A stretch of 63,568 nucleotides of DNA, counting the filler, from Octopus bimaculoides (lineage: Eukaryota): assembly GCF_001194135.2 (NCBI RefSeq). It is 8 parts of 8 records of this genome, joined end to end, with 100 filler letters (N's around TTAATTAATTAA, not from the genome) between each part and the next. Parts side by side here need not be neighbours in the genome. Positions count along the whole stretch, not along the records: positions 1 to 20,697 come from NC_068991.1; 7 more parts are not named here. The stretch is one strand, 5' to 3'. Positions 1 to 10,699 of this stretch are shown piece by piece. The position numbers were made by a program, and so were the translations under genes. How positions within the stretch are numbered: the first letter of the stretch is position 1; the number at the start of each line of letters is the position of its first letter. The notes under the pieces are model-generated. The model was not told the origin of the DNA and searched no databases. It saw only the letters and a list, made by a program, of their open reading frames with translations.

Positions 1-89
1 ATAATAATAATAATAATAATAATATGGCTATTCAGTACATATCACAATTTATATGAATTGTTGAACATTTAAAGCATATAATAATAATA

Positions 90-156
<67 letters not shown>

Positions 157-349
157 ATTCTTTATTGGCCACAAGGGTTTACATGAAGAAAAAAATTATG
201 GACAGCACTGGACAAAACAAAAGAAAAAAAATGTGTGTATGTGTGTGGGTGTGTGTAGTTGTGAGGATTTTGCTTGTAAACAAGGCTAATATAATTAAGA
301 TAAAAAGAAAAGGAAAAAGAGATCAACAGTGTGTAATCCTCAGTAGGGA

Positions 350-425
<76 letters not shown>

Positions 426-446
426 TAATAATAATAATAATAATAA
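1..446. repeat. (AAT)n microsatellite tracts interrupted by two unique inserts
   Basis: Pure AAT runs at about 1-23, 79-157 and 352-446. Confidence 0.95.
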
Positions 447-468
447 ATTGCGCATGTATGTATATGTT

Positions 469-835
469 GGCGGCGTGAAGACGCAATGGCCCAGTGGTTA
501 GGGCAGTGGAGTCGCGGTTTCGATTCCCAGACCGGGCGTTGTGAGTGTTTATTGAGTGAACACAGCTAAAGCTCCACGAGGCTCCAGCAGAAGAGTGGGG
601 TTAGATCCTGCTGTACCCTTTCACCACAACTTTCTTTCTTCCTGTTTCTATTGTACCTGCATTTCAAAGGGTCCAGCCTTGTCACACTCTGTGTCATGCT
701 GAATCTCCCCGAGAACTACGTTAAGGGTACACGTGTCTGTGGAGTGCTCAGCCACTTGCACGTTAATTACACGAGCAGGGTGTTCCGTTGATTGGATCAA
801 CAGGAACCCTCGTCGTCGTAACCGACGGAGTGCCA
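469..835 (+). mobile_element. tRNA-derived SINE, family C (RTE-like 3' tail)
   Basis: A-box-like TGGCCCAGTGG and B-box-like GGTTTCGATTCC. The 3' end GGAACCCTCGTCGTCGTAACCGACGGAGTGCCA resembles RTE 3' ends. A diverged copy lies at 32563-32871 and a head-only copy near 9455. Confidence 0.75.
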
Positions 836-1814
836 CGATATGTTGGTGGCATGTGTGAAGATTTATATAAATAGATGCGGTGAAGAGAACCGGATAGACA
901 TAGTGTAATACGAGAGAGAAAGCGAGAGTTTGAGTGAGAGTTTCAAGAGAAGGGGAGAGAGTTTGAAGAGAAAAGGGGAGGGAGAAAAAGGGACGGAGGG
1001 AGAGGAGAAAGAGAGAGGGGAAGTGAGAAACTTGTACACAGAAGGAAAAGAAAATGAACGAGTGTGAGAGTGAGAGTGTAGGTGTGAGTATGAGCGAGAG
1101 TGAGGTGGAATATGGTGGTGGTGGTGGTGGTAGTGGCGGGGAAGGGAATCGTAAGGAAACAAAGAAATGCATTTAGGAGCATTCGGAAGTTTAATCCTTT
1201 CAATCGGGGATCGATTCCAAGGTTATCAATTGAGGCCAATTTATAATTAAACTCAAATCCTGACCTACTTTTTTTTATTTTTATGATGGAGAAGCAAGAA
1301 TTCGTAGAATGGTAAAGCATCTTTTCTTGTTGTAATTTATCTTTTAGTTTTTTTNNNNNNNNNNNNNNNNNNNNNNNNNNNNNNNNNNNNNNNNNNNNNN
1401 NNNNNNNNNNNNNNNNNNNNNNNNNNNNNNNNNNNNNNNNNNNNNNNNNNNNNNNNNNNNNNNNNNNNNNNNNNNNNNNNNNNNNNNNNNNNNNNNNNNN
1501 NNNNNNNNNNNNNNNNNNNNNNNNNNNNNNNNNNNNNNNNNNNNNNNNNNNNNNNNNNNNNNNNNNNNNNNNNNNNNNNNNNNNNNNNNNNNNNNNNNNN
1601 NNNNNNNNNNNNNNNNNNNNCAATTCTATCGATTTCTAATACCGAACCGCTAACTATAGGAACGCAAAAAGATCACCAGTTGTCAAGTGGTGGTGGTAGT
1701 GGTGGTGATGGCGGCGGCGGTGGTGGTGGTGGACACACACATGCACAAAGACCACCCCCTCCACATACATATTTGTGTACACGAGGGACACAAGGCATTG
1801 GTCGGCTCGCGGAA

Positions 1815-1846
<32 letters not shown>

Positions 1847-2780
1847 GCACACTCTCTCTTTCTCTCTCACACATTCTCTCTCTCTCTCTTTCTCTCTCTT
1901 TTTTTTCTCTCTCTTTTTTTTCTCTCTCTTTTTTTTCTCTCTCTCTCTCTCTTTCTCTCTCCCCCTCTCTCTCTCCCCTCCTCTCTCTCACGCAATATAA
2001 TTATAACGAGCATGAGAAACAGCGAGAACCAAACCAATGTTGTCTAAATCTATTCCTCAATACGTGTCGACGTTCCGACAGCCTTGGACGTGAATGTGGC
2101 CAATCGCTGTTGGAATTCGTCTTCAGCAATCAACATTTTGTCTTTAGACGATGTATATTAAGAACACACACGTTTTAACAGAAAATAGATATGAGAAGAA
2201 ACAATGATAAATATGATGGTGTCCGTGTGTCCGTGTGTCCGTGTGACCGTGTGTATCTGTATTTATGCTGTACCGCTTTATATCCCGTAATTTAACCGTT
2301 CGATAAACAACAGACTGTAAAATCTCTACCGAGATCGATATCATCGACAAAACTTATGAAGATGAGAATTAATATAGAAACTGATTCGGAAATATGAGAT
2401 ATTTCGATTTGGCTACCAACAGTAGTTTGTAAACATACATACATACATATGTGATTGTGTGTCTCTGTTCACATACACACACAAACACACATATTTGTGC
2501 GCGTACGTGTGTGTGTTTGTGTGTGTGTGTATACAGGGTTTCCAGAAATTGTCTTTACAACTTCCACAGTTTATTGTATCTATTTATTGCTAGCAATCAA
2601 TGGAGCCAAGATGGAAGTGTTCTGGTGTTTCTAATAAAACCTTATTTATTTGCCAATGTTTTTCCAATAAACTGTGCTAACTTAACATTATTTTTTATTA
2701 TTTTCGGAATTTTTCAAATTGTAAAGATAATTTCTGGACACACTGTATATATATATATATATATATATATTTATTTATGA

Positions 2781-2969
2781 GAGAATTTACGAAAAAACAA
2801 CAAACGAAGTGAGGTGGTGTAAACAACAAATGGATGTATTAATATAACGCTCGGGAATAGAGAAAGTCTTTGACGTTTCGAGCCTACGCTCTTCAGCTGA
2901 AAGGAACACAGAAAGAAACAAGGAGAGAAACAAGGAGAGAAAAAAATATAAATGTAGTGGTCAGCGATC
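2781..2969 (-). mobile_element. Short non-coding repeat carrying a hammerhead-like motif (Penelope pLTR/retrozyme-like), copy 1
   Basis: Homologous over about 190 nt to 48930-49133 in the opposite orientation. Its 3' end abuts (TA)n. Confidence 0.7.
2868..2903 (-). ncRNA. Type I hammerhead-like motif, variant core
   Basis: Minus strand reads CTTT-CAGCTGA-A-GAGC-GTAG-GCTC-GAA-ACGT-C-AAAG: stem I CTTT/AAAG, stem II GAGC/GCTC, palindromic ACGT stem III and a GUC triplet. Confidence 0.55.
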
Positions 2970-3163
2970 TGTACATACTTACATCTATACGTGTATATTC
3001 ATATGTGGGCACAGGACGTCACGAAACTTGTACAACAAAAAAGTACGAAGCATGAGTACATGGAACATGAACTATTCTTTGGAACAACGAAAGACACAAA
3101 AATGGAAAACAAAACAAATAACATAAGTTGTTGGCTGCTTTTTCTAGTCTCATTTTTCGAGCA

Positions 3164-3392
3164 TTTCTTTATTGCCCACGGGAGGCTAAACATAGAGGGG
3201 ACAAACAAAGACAGACAAAAGGATTAAGTCGATTACATCGACGTCAGTGCGTAACCAGTTCTTAATTTAACGACCCCGAAAGAATGAAAGGCAAAGTCGA
3301 CCTCGGCGGAGTTTGAACTCAGAACGTAACAGCAGACGGAATACCGCTAAGCATTTCGCGCGGCCTGCTAACGTTTCTGCCAGCTCGCCGCC
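3164..3392 (-). mobile_element. tRNA-derived SINE, family B (Nin/Deu-like central domain), CpG-rich copy
   Basis: Minus strand: GGCGGCGAGCTGGCAGAAACGTTAGC ... GTTCTGAGTTCAAACTCC ... GTCGACTTTGCCTTTCATTCTTTCGGGGTCG. Many other copies in the window. Confidence 0.85.
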
Positions 3393-4407
3393 TTACACCA
3401 CGATATTAATATCAACAACAAAACATCAGCAGCAGCAGCAGTCGTAGTAACAGTGAAGGGAAATGATANNNNNNNNNNNNNNNNNNNNNNNNNNNNNNNN
3501 NNNNNNNNNNNNNNNNNNNNNNNNNNNNNNNNNNNNNNNNNNNNNNNNNNNNNNNNNNNNNNNNNNNNNNNNNNNNNNNNNNNNNNNNNNNNNNNNNNNN
3601 NNNNNNNNNNNNNNNNNNNNNNNNNNNNNNNNNNNNNNNNNNNNNNNNNNNNNNNNNNNNNNNNNNNNNNNNNNNNNNNNNNNNNNNNNNNNNNNNNNNN
3701 NNNNNNNNNNNNNNNNNNNNNNNNNNNNNNNNNNNNNNNNNNNNNNNNNNNNNNNNNNNNNNNNNNNNNNNNNNNNNNNNNNNNNNNNNNNNNNNNNNNN
3801 NNNNNNNNNNNNNNNNNNNNNNNNNNNNNNNNNNNNNNNNNNNNNNNNNNNNNNNNNNNNNNNNNNNNNNNNNNNNNNNNNNNNNNNNNNNNNNNNNNNN
3901 NNNNNNNNNNNNNNNNNNNNNNNNNNNNNNNNNNNNNNNNNNNNNNNNNNNNNNNNNNNNNNNNNNNNNNNNNNNNNNNNNNNNNNNNNNNNNNNNNNNN
4001 NNNNNNNNNNNNNNNNNNNNNNNNNNNNNNNNNNNNNNNNNNNNNNNNNNNNNNNNNNNNNNNNNNNNNNNNNNNNNNNNNNNNNNNNNNNNNNNNNNNN
4101 NNNNNNNNNNNNNNNNNNNNNNNNNNNNNNNNNNNNNNNNNNNNNNNNNNNNNNNNNNNNNNNNNNNNNNNNNNNNNNNNNNNNNNNNNNNNNNNNNNNN
4201 NNNNNNNNNNNNNNNNNNNNNNNNNNNNAATTCCTCAAATTTTTCAAACTTTAATTGTTAATAACTCTTTATTTATTGTTTTAAAGCAAAACTGAATTTC
4301 ATGACATTCATCAGCTTATAAAACTATATCATTACACCGAATATGAAATCGATTTGAAGAGAAACTGATGCTAGCAGCCCAGAAGAAAAGATAAAAAAAA
4401 AAAAACA

Positions 4408-4614
4408 GCGTGGCTGTGTGATAAGTCTTCTTCCCAATCACATGGTTCCGGGTTCAGTCCCACTGTGTGGCACCTTGGGCAAGTGTCTTCTACTCACAAG
4501 GATTTGGCCAGCCAGAGACAATAATGGAAGACACTTGCCGAAGGTATCACGCAGTGGGACTGAACTCTAAATCATGTGATTGAGAAGCAAAGTTCTTAGC
4601 ACACAGCCACGCCT
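4408..4614. mobile_element. Two family A SINE heads fused tail-to-tail (inverted pair)
   Basis: 4408-4492 is a + strand head (GCGTGGCTGTGTG...GGTTCAGTCCCACTG...CCTTGGGCAAGTGTCTTC). 4493-4614 is a - strand head plus partial body. Confidence 0.85.
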
Positions 4615-6059
4615 AATTTTTGACTTCACAAACCATCATGGACTTCCCAAGATTCTAATAGTTTGCTTTCTGCTTTTATTTACCTGATTTTTCGCCATCA
4701 CTGGCCACCAACCACCACAGGTCTTTCAGTGCAACTATTTCTCCTTTTCTTTTTCCTTTCCTTCCTTACTGACCTGGTTGTTGCTGTAAGAGACCATCAT
4801 CATCATCGTCGTCGTCATCATCATCATCATCATCATCATCATAAGCTTTCTTGGACCTTAATGTTCCACCATCCCATACATCGATAGCTGATCAGCACTA
4901 TTTAATGAAAACAGGCCACAGTTGCTATAAATAAAAATAAAAATAAAAATAAAAATAAAAGTGAAAATAAAAGTGAAAATAAAAGTGAAAATAAAAGTAA
5001 AAATATAAATAAAAATAAAAATAAAAGTAAAATATAAAAAAACGAGAAAATAAAAAATAAAATAATTAGCAAATATTGAACCCCGATGTTGCATTAGCAT
5101 ATAAATAATAACAGCGTGTGGTATAATAGAGTGATTAACTGTGTATTAATATCGATTAGGCCCGATCACTGGGATGGAATTATTTCTTTTTTATTTTATT
5201 TCTTTGTTTCGTTTTCTTCGTTTTAATATCCATATTTCTGAAATGTGGGTTGTATGGAAGTAGTTCATTAGTGACTATAATAAATGCTGCTGGGACTGGC
5301 GCGAGGATGGTTGGTGTAGGAGGTGTAGTAAGGGTGGTGGTCATGGGTGATGATGGTGGGGTGATGGGGAGGTGATGGAGATGGTGGGGCGGTGGTTGTG
5401 GTGGTGGCATCAGTTGTAGTAGTAGTGGTGGTAGTGATGGCGGTAGTAGTAGTAGTGACAGTAGTAGTAGTGGTGGTGGTGGTGGTGGTGGTAGTGGTAG
5501 TAGTAGTAGTGATAGTAGTAGTAGTAGTGGTGGTGGTGGTGGTGGTAGTGTTAGTAGTAGTAGTGATAGTAGTAGTAGCAGTAGTTGTTGTAATTGTGGT
5601 GGTAGTGGTAATGATAGTGCTAGTGGTGGTGGTGGTGGTGGTGGTAGTAGTGGTAGTAATGGTGGTGTGGTGGTGGTAGTATTAGTAGTAGTAGGCGTGA
5701 CAAAAACAATAATTATGATAGTGGGGATGGTGGTGGTAGCTGGTGTAACCAAGTGGTCATAAAGACGGCAGGGAATAGTTGGGCGTTGTTGTTGTTATTG
5801 TTGTTGCGGTGGTGGTGGTAGTGGTAAGTTATATTGATGGTCATTGATTGTAATAAAGCAGTAGGTTAAACGGAATTGTGAGTGCGTTCCGGCCCTTTAC
5901 GCCCTGAGTTCTAACCCTGGCGACATCCAGTTGCCATTTATTCTACCGTCACCTCAATGTCCAATCCTTGTAGCGATGTGGTGGCCTTATGTCCGTTTAA
6001 ACTATGCCAGCACAGAGCAAGGCCCTGTTAGAGCCTCCCCATCCTGGAATGTATGTATG

Positions 6060-6091
<32 letters not shown>

Positions 6092-6194
6092 CATGCTTAT
6101 AATGTTTTTTTTTCTAATGCATACATTGTTAAAACGCACATATCTGAGTTTGTGAAGAGTCGATCAACATGTTGGAATGTAACTCCTTTCTGGA

Positions 6195-6320
6195 AAATTC
6201 TCCCCTGATGAAACGTCCAATTAACCAGTTACAGTAAGAAAATTTTGAATTAATTTAATTTGATTTAATTTCTCTAATTGAATTAATTGGCTATGGAAAC
6301 GGCCGTAGGGATAAGAATTT
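6195..6320 (+). ncRNA. Type I hammerhead ribozyme (Penelope-like/retrozyme type)
   Basis: AAATTC-TCCC-CTGATGA(6205-6211), long stem II with CCAATTAA/TTAATTGG, then GAA-AC-GGCC-GT-A(6307)-GGGA-TAA-GAATTT. Canonical core, GUA triplet and a bulged 10-bp stem I. Confidence 0.7.
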
Positions 6321-6400
6321 CAAATATAAAATTGATTTGAATATCTCTGAATCAACTGATGTCTATACGTCAATTTCTCTATTTTCTTATTTCTCTCATT

Positions 6401-6460
<60 letters not shown>

Positions 6461-6672
6461 NNNNNNNNNNNNNNNNNNNNNNNNNNNNNNNNNNNNNNNN
6501 NNNNNNNNNNNNNNNNNNNNNNNNNNNNNNNNNNNNNNNNNNNNNNNNNNNNNNNNNNNNNNNNNNNNNNNNNNNNNNNNNNNNNNNNNNNNNNNNNNNN
6601 NNNNNNNNNNNNNNNNNNNNNNNNNNNNNNNNNNNNNNNNNNNNNNNNNNNNNNNNNNNNNNNNNNNNNNNN

Positions 6673-6716
<44 letters not shown>

Positions 6717-7219
6717 GCACACTGCCTTTGTATTTCGTACGGCCACTGTTGTTTTCAGGTTTAGGTGATGCTCCTGTCCTCAAAGACTGGTGACCTATCA
6801 CCTTAGTGCAAGTGCAACACGATCCACAAAAGAACGGCCACGTATCTAAGAACTGCTCAGCTGACAAAACATAGAATCCGTCAAGAGTCTAGACTGAAGT
6901 CTCAACCACACTCCTCAAGCTGTTTCGGTGACAGACTAACAATACAGCTATTATTGTATAATGTGTCACAAAAATGTTCACTCGGTCTGCGAGAGACAGA
7001 AGCAAAACCCGCCTGAAGCGACAACCCGGCATGTTAAAAAGAGAATGACTCATAGAGGGTATGTCGCCTTTGATTATAAAAGCCTGGGCGTCATCGATAG
7101 CTGAATGTGTGTGTGTGTGCGTGAACGTATGTATGCACGTATATCTGTGCATGTATACATGTACATATGTATTTATGAATTTATGTATGTACGCATATGC
7201 TTGTGTGTGTATATGTCTG

Positions 7220-7220
<1 letters not shown>

Positions 7221-7282
<62 letters not shown>

Positions 7283-7287
7283 TTAGA

Positions 7288-7329
<42 letters not shown>

Positions 7330-7330
7330 A

Positions 7331-7380
<50 letters not shown>
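7221..7380. repeat. (GATA)n/(GACA)n microsatellite
   Basis: Long tetranucleotide run. Similar runs occur at about 10140, 13495, 15590, 19535 and 63030. Confidence 0.95.
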
Positions 7381-8168
7381 GAAATTTATAGAAAANNNNN
7401 NNNNNNNNNNNNNNNNNNNNNNNNNNNNNNNNNNNNNNNNNNNNNNNNNNNNNNNNNNNNNNNNNNNNNNNNNNNNNNNNNNNNNNNNNNNNNNNNNNNN
7501 NNNNNNNNNNNNNNNNNNNNNNNNNNNNNNNNNNNNNNNNNNNNNNNNNNNNNNNNNNNNNNNNNNNNNNNNNNNNNNNNNNNNNNNNNNNNNNNNNNNN
7601 NNNNNNNNNNNNNNNNNNNNNNNNNNNNNNNNNNNNNNNNNNNNNNNNNNNNNNNNNNNNNNNNNNNNNNNNNNNNNNNNNNNNNNNNNNNNNNNNNNNN
7701 NNNNNNNNNNNNNNNNNNNNNNNNNNNNNNNNNNNNNNNNNNNNNNNNNNNNNNNNNNNNNNNNNNNNNNNNNNNNNNNNNNNNNNNNNNNNNNNNNNNN
7801 NNNNNNNNNNNNNNNNNNNNNNNNNNNNNNNNNNNNNNNNNNNNNNNNNNNNNNNATATATACGCGTCTATGCTACGGAAATAGAAATATTAAATCTAAT
7901 ATTTTAGACTATTTAAAGAAACCCATCTGATATTTTCATTTCTCATAATCAATTTTGGCAATCTGCTCCCAGATAACTTTCATATTACCCCGACAACACT
8001 TTAATATGTATGTACACACACACATATATATGTTCATATATATATATGTGTGTGTGTGTGTGTGTATATATATATGTATATGTACACACACACAAACACA
8101 CGCACGTACGCACACACACACACACATGCATTCACACACAAGCACACACACACACATATGTATGCATA

Positions 8169-8387
8169 CGAGGCGAAGCTGAAAAGTTCCTGGCTCTTAG
8201 CAAAAGAAAATACAAGTGTGGATCAGTTAATTATGATTCCATTCAACATATTCCCCTCTCAGATTCACTCACTTATTGCAGCGGTCCTTCAGTTTTTCTA
8301 AGCCCTGTCAAAGAACTCAGAAGTTTGGGCCTCCAACCAAACCTTTCGCGACCCCCTTCAAGCCAAGAACGCTTCAGCTCCCTCTCG
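8169..8387 (-). mobile_element. mariner-type MITE (internal deletion derivative)
   Basis: About 27-bp imperfect TIRs (CGAGGCGAAGCTGAAAAGTTCCTGGCT / AGCCAAGAACGCTTCAGCTCCCTCTCG) with TA on both flanks. The minus strand encodes GLEKLKDRCNK*VNLRGEYVE, a mariner transposase C-terminus. Confidence 0.8.
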
Positions 8388-8419
8388 TATATTATGTTTT
8401 ACTTATTTCAGTCATTGCA

Positions 8420-8990
8420 CTGGTCAGGATGCATTACCAGTCAGTGTAATGCACTCCTGAAACGGCCGTAGATGGAACACCCTCCTATTTTTCGGATCCT
8501 ATTTTATTTATTGTTCTTAACCAAGATATCTTGTGTCATTTCTATCTTATATCCTAGATGTATAAGGAATTTTTAGACGATTTAGGCGGTTTGCCGTTTT
8601 GAAGGCTGATGTTTTTATTCCTACATTTATCAACCTCTCATTCGTTTTGCGCCTCCTATATTTATCACGCGTAACTCTTTACATGTAATCTTTATTTATA
8701 TGTAATTTTATACGTATGTTTATATGCTTTTATATTTCTTCTATATTTTTATGTATGTCTGATTTTATTCTTTATACCTTTGGAGAATCTTTACGCCTGT
8801 ACATGCATGATTTATGTTGATGTGTATAAATATACATGATTCAATTACATTGATTGAATATCTTCATTTATGCGTTCGAGAATCTGTTTGACTGCCTACG
8901 ATTTGCGTTTTCAATTTCCTCTGCTCTGTATTTTTTCGTATTGGCTCTCTATAAGCACCTCCGTAAATAGCCCATACTTTCTATAACATA
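8420..8990 (+). mobile_element. Penelope-like pLTR remnant with 3' half of a hammerhead
   Basis: GGATGCATTAC/GTAATGCA-C-TCC stem followed by GAAACGGCCGTA, the same stem III as at 6296. A T-rich tail follows. Confidence 0.45.
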
Positions 8991-9161
8991 CTTAATATTA
9001 TATATACATGCATAGAATATATACAAACATACATACATTCACACATATATATACATGCACATATACATACATACTTATATACATACATATACAAACACAT
9101 GCATACATCCACACACATACATACACTCATACCCACACATGCTTGACGTTGCAGGTAAAAT

Positions 9162-9662
9162 CTGCTCAGACGCCATTTTAATATTACATCGAATAGGTTT
9201 GTGTATTTATTTTTGCGTTCTTTCTTCTTGTTCTACCGTTTTGATATTTTTCCTTTTAGTCTGTGCTCTTTCCCGTCTCAGTAACAGCCACCCAAATGAC
9301 CCCCCCCCACTCATCGCCTCACCCCAGCATCACTATATATACTCCAGTATTTCAGTGGAATTGGTAACTCTTCTCTGCTTACCGAGAAGTCATGTCTAGG
9401 ATATCATTGTTGGTGGTTGATGGTCATATTCTGCAGCAGCATGTATGTATATATTGACGGCGTGGAATGGCCCAGTGGTTAGGGCAGCACGTTGCACCAC
9501 TGTTTATCTTCACCAAAACTACTGCTGCCGTCAATACTAACATTGAGTCTACAACAATCACGGATTCCACACCACCAAAGGACCTGCAAATTCAAACTCC
9601 ACCACCACCACAAGAATGCCGCGCCTACACAACCACCAGACATCTTACTCCACCTTGTAACA
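9162..9662 (-). mobile_element. Putative LTR followed by primer-binding site
   Basis: Minus strand: TGTTACA (9662-9656), TATATAG (about 9338), AATAAA (9211-9206), TGTAATA (9188-9182), 6 nt, then TGGCGTCTGAGCAG (tRNA-Lys-like PBS). A SINE C head is inserted at about 9455-9495. Confidence 0.4.
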
Positions 9663-10139
9663 TTGCTACTCCCTATTCACTCTACCCCTAATCTACCCTA
9701 ATCTGTCTAATGTCTTGCTTAAGACTCTCCTCCTCCTCATCATCATCATTATCATCACCCCCCCCCTTCATCTTCACAAACAGCCATCCATAGTCTATCT
9801 GCTCTCGTTTGTTGATGCAACTTCAACTATTTCGGTTATGTTATCTATTCCACTTACGTGTCTGTATCTGAGTTTTTTGTGATGTGTGCTTGTGTCAGGG
9901 TATAACGAGTACATGCATATGCTTATACACACACACACACGCACGCACGCACACATACATATCATGTATTTTTATATATATGTGTGAGTATGCTTGAGTG
10001 TATGTGTGTGTATATAAGTGTGTGTGTATGTTCGATATTAATTAATATATGATTTTTTACCCTATTTTTTAATATATATATATATGTAGAGAGAGAGAGA
10101 GAGAGNNNNNNNNNNAGAGAGAGAGAGAAGGAGAGGGAG

Positions 10140-10174
<35 letters not shown>

Positions 10175-10699
10175 CAGACAGACATATAGTCACAAGCATA
10201 TATGTGTGTTTATGTAAGTATATTTCTCTGTGAGTGTGTATATATAAATATATGAAAATACAATAGAGATAGGGAAACAACAGACAGACAGACAGACACA
10301 GATAGGTCGACTGTAACGTAGATAGATACATTTAATTACGCACATGCATACATACACACGCACGTACACACAAGCAAACACATACACACACACATATATA
10401 CGTTACATAAATGCTTATGTAGATACATGTCAATATTTATATAACATTTCCACGGAGAAATACGACCCTTATAAACATGCAGGAGAAGTTTATTCTAAAT
10501 CAAGTATTTCTCAAGGGTGACGAGGGCGTGGGAGGGTGTGAATGGTGGAGAGAATGGCGGGTGGTGTGAAAGGGGTTGTATCTCAACCCCTTCCCTCCTT
10601 CCCTCCCTCTCTCGCGTTAGGGGTCGTAAAATAGGGTGAGATGAAGGAAATATAATCAGTTGTGATTCGGCTTACATGTTGGTACGTAATACACGTATA

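Noticed and set aside
4290-4320. CTGATGA-ATGTCAT-GAAA on the minus strand
   Set aside because: No valid stem III with a UH triplet and no stem I pairing. Other CTGATGA hits (about 12075, 40990, 49711) also fail the hammerhead topology.
6836-6856. GHVSKNC, half of a CCHC zinc knuckle
   Set aside because: The upstream CxxC is not in frame and there is no other gag or ORF1 similarity.
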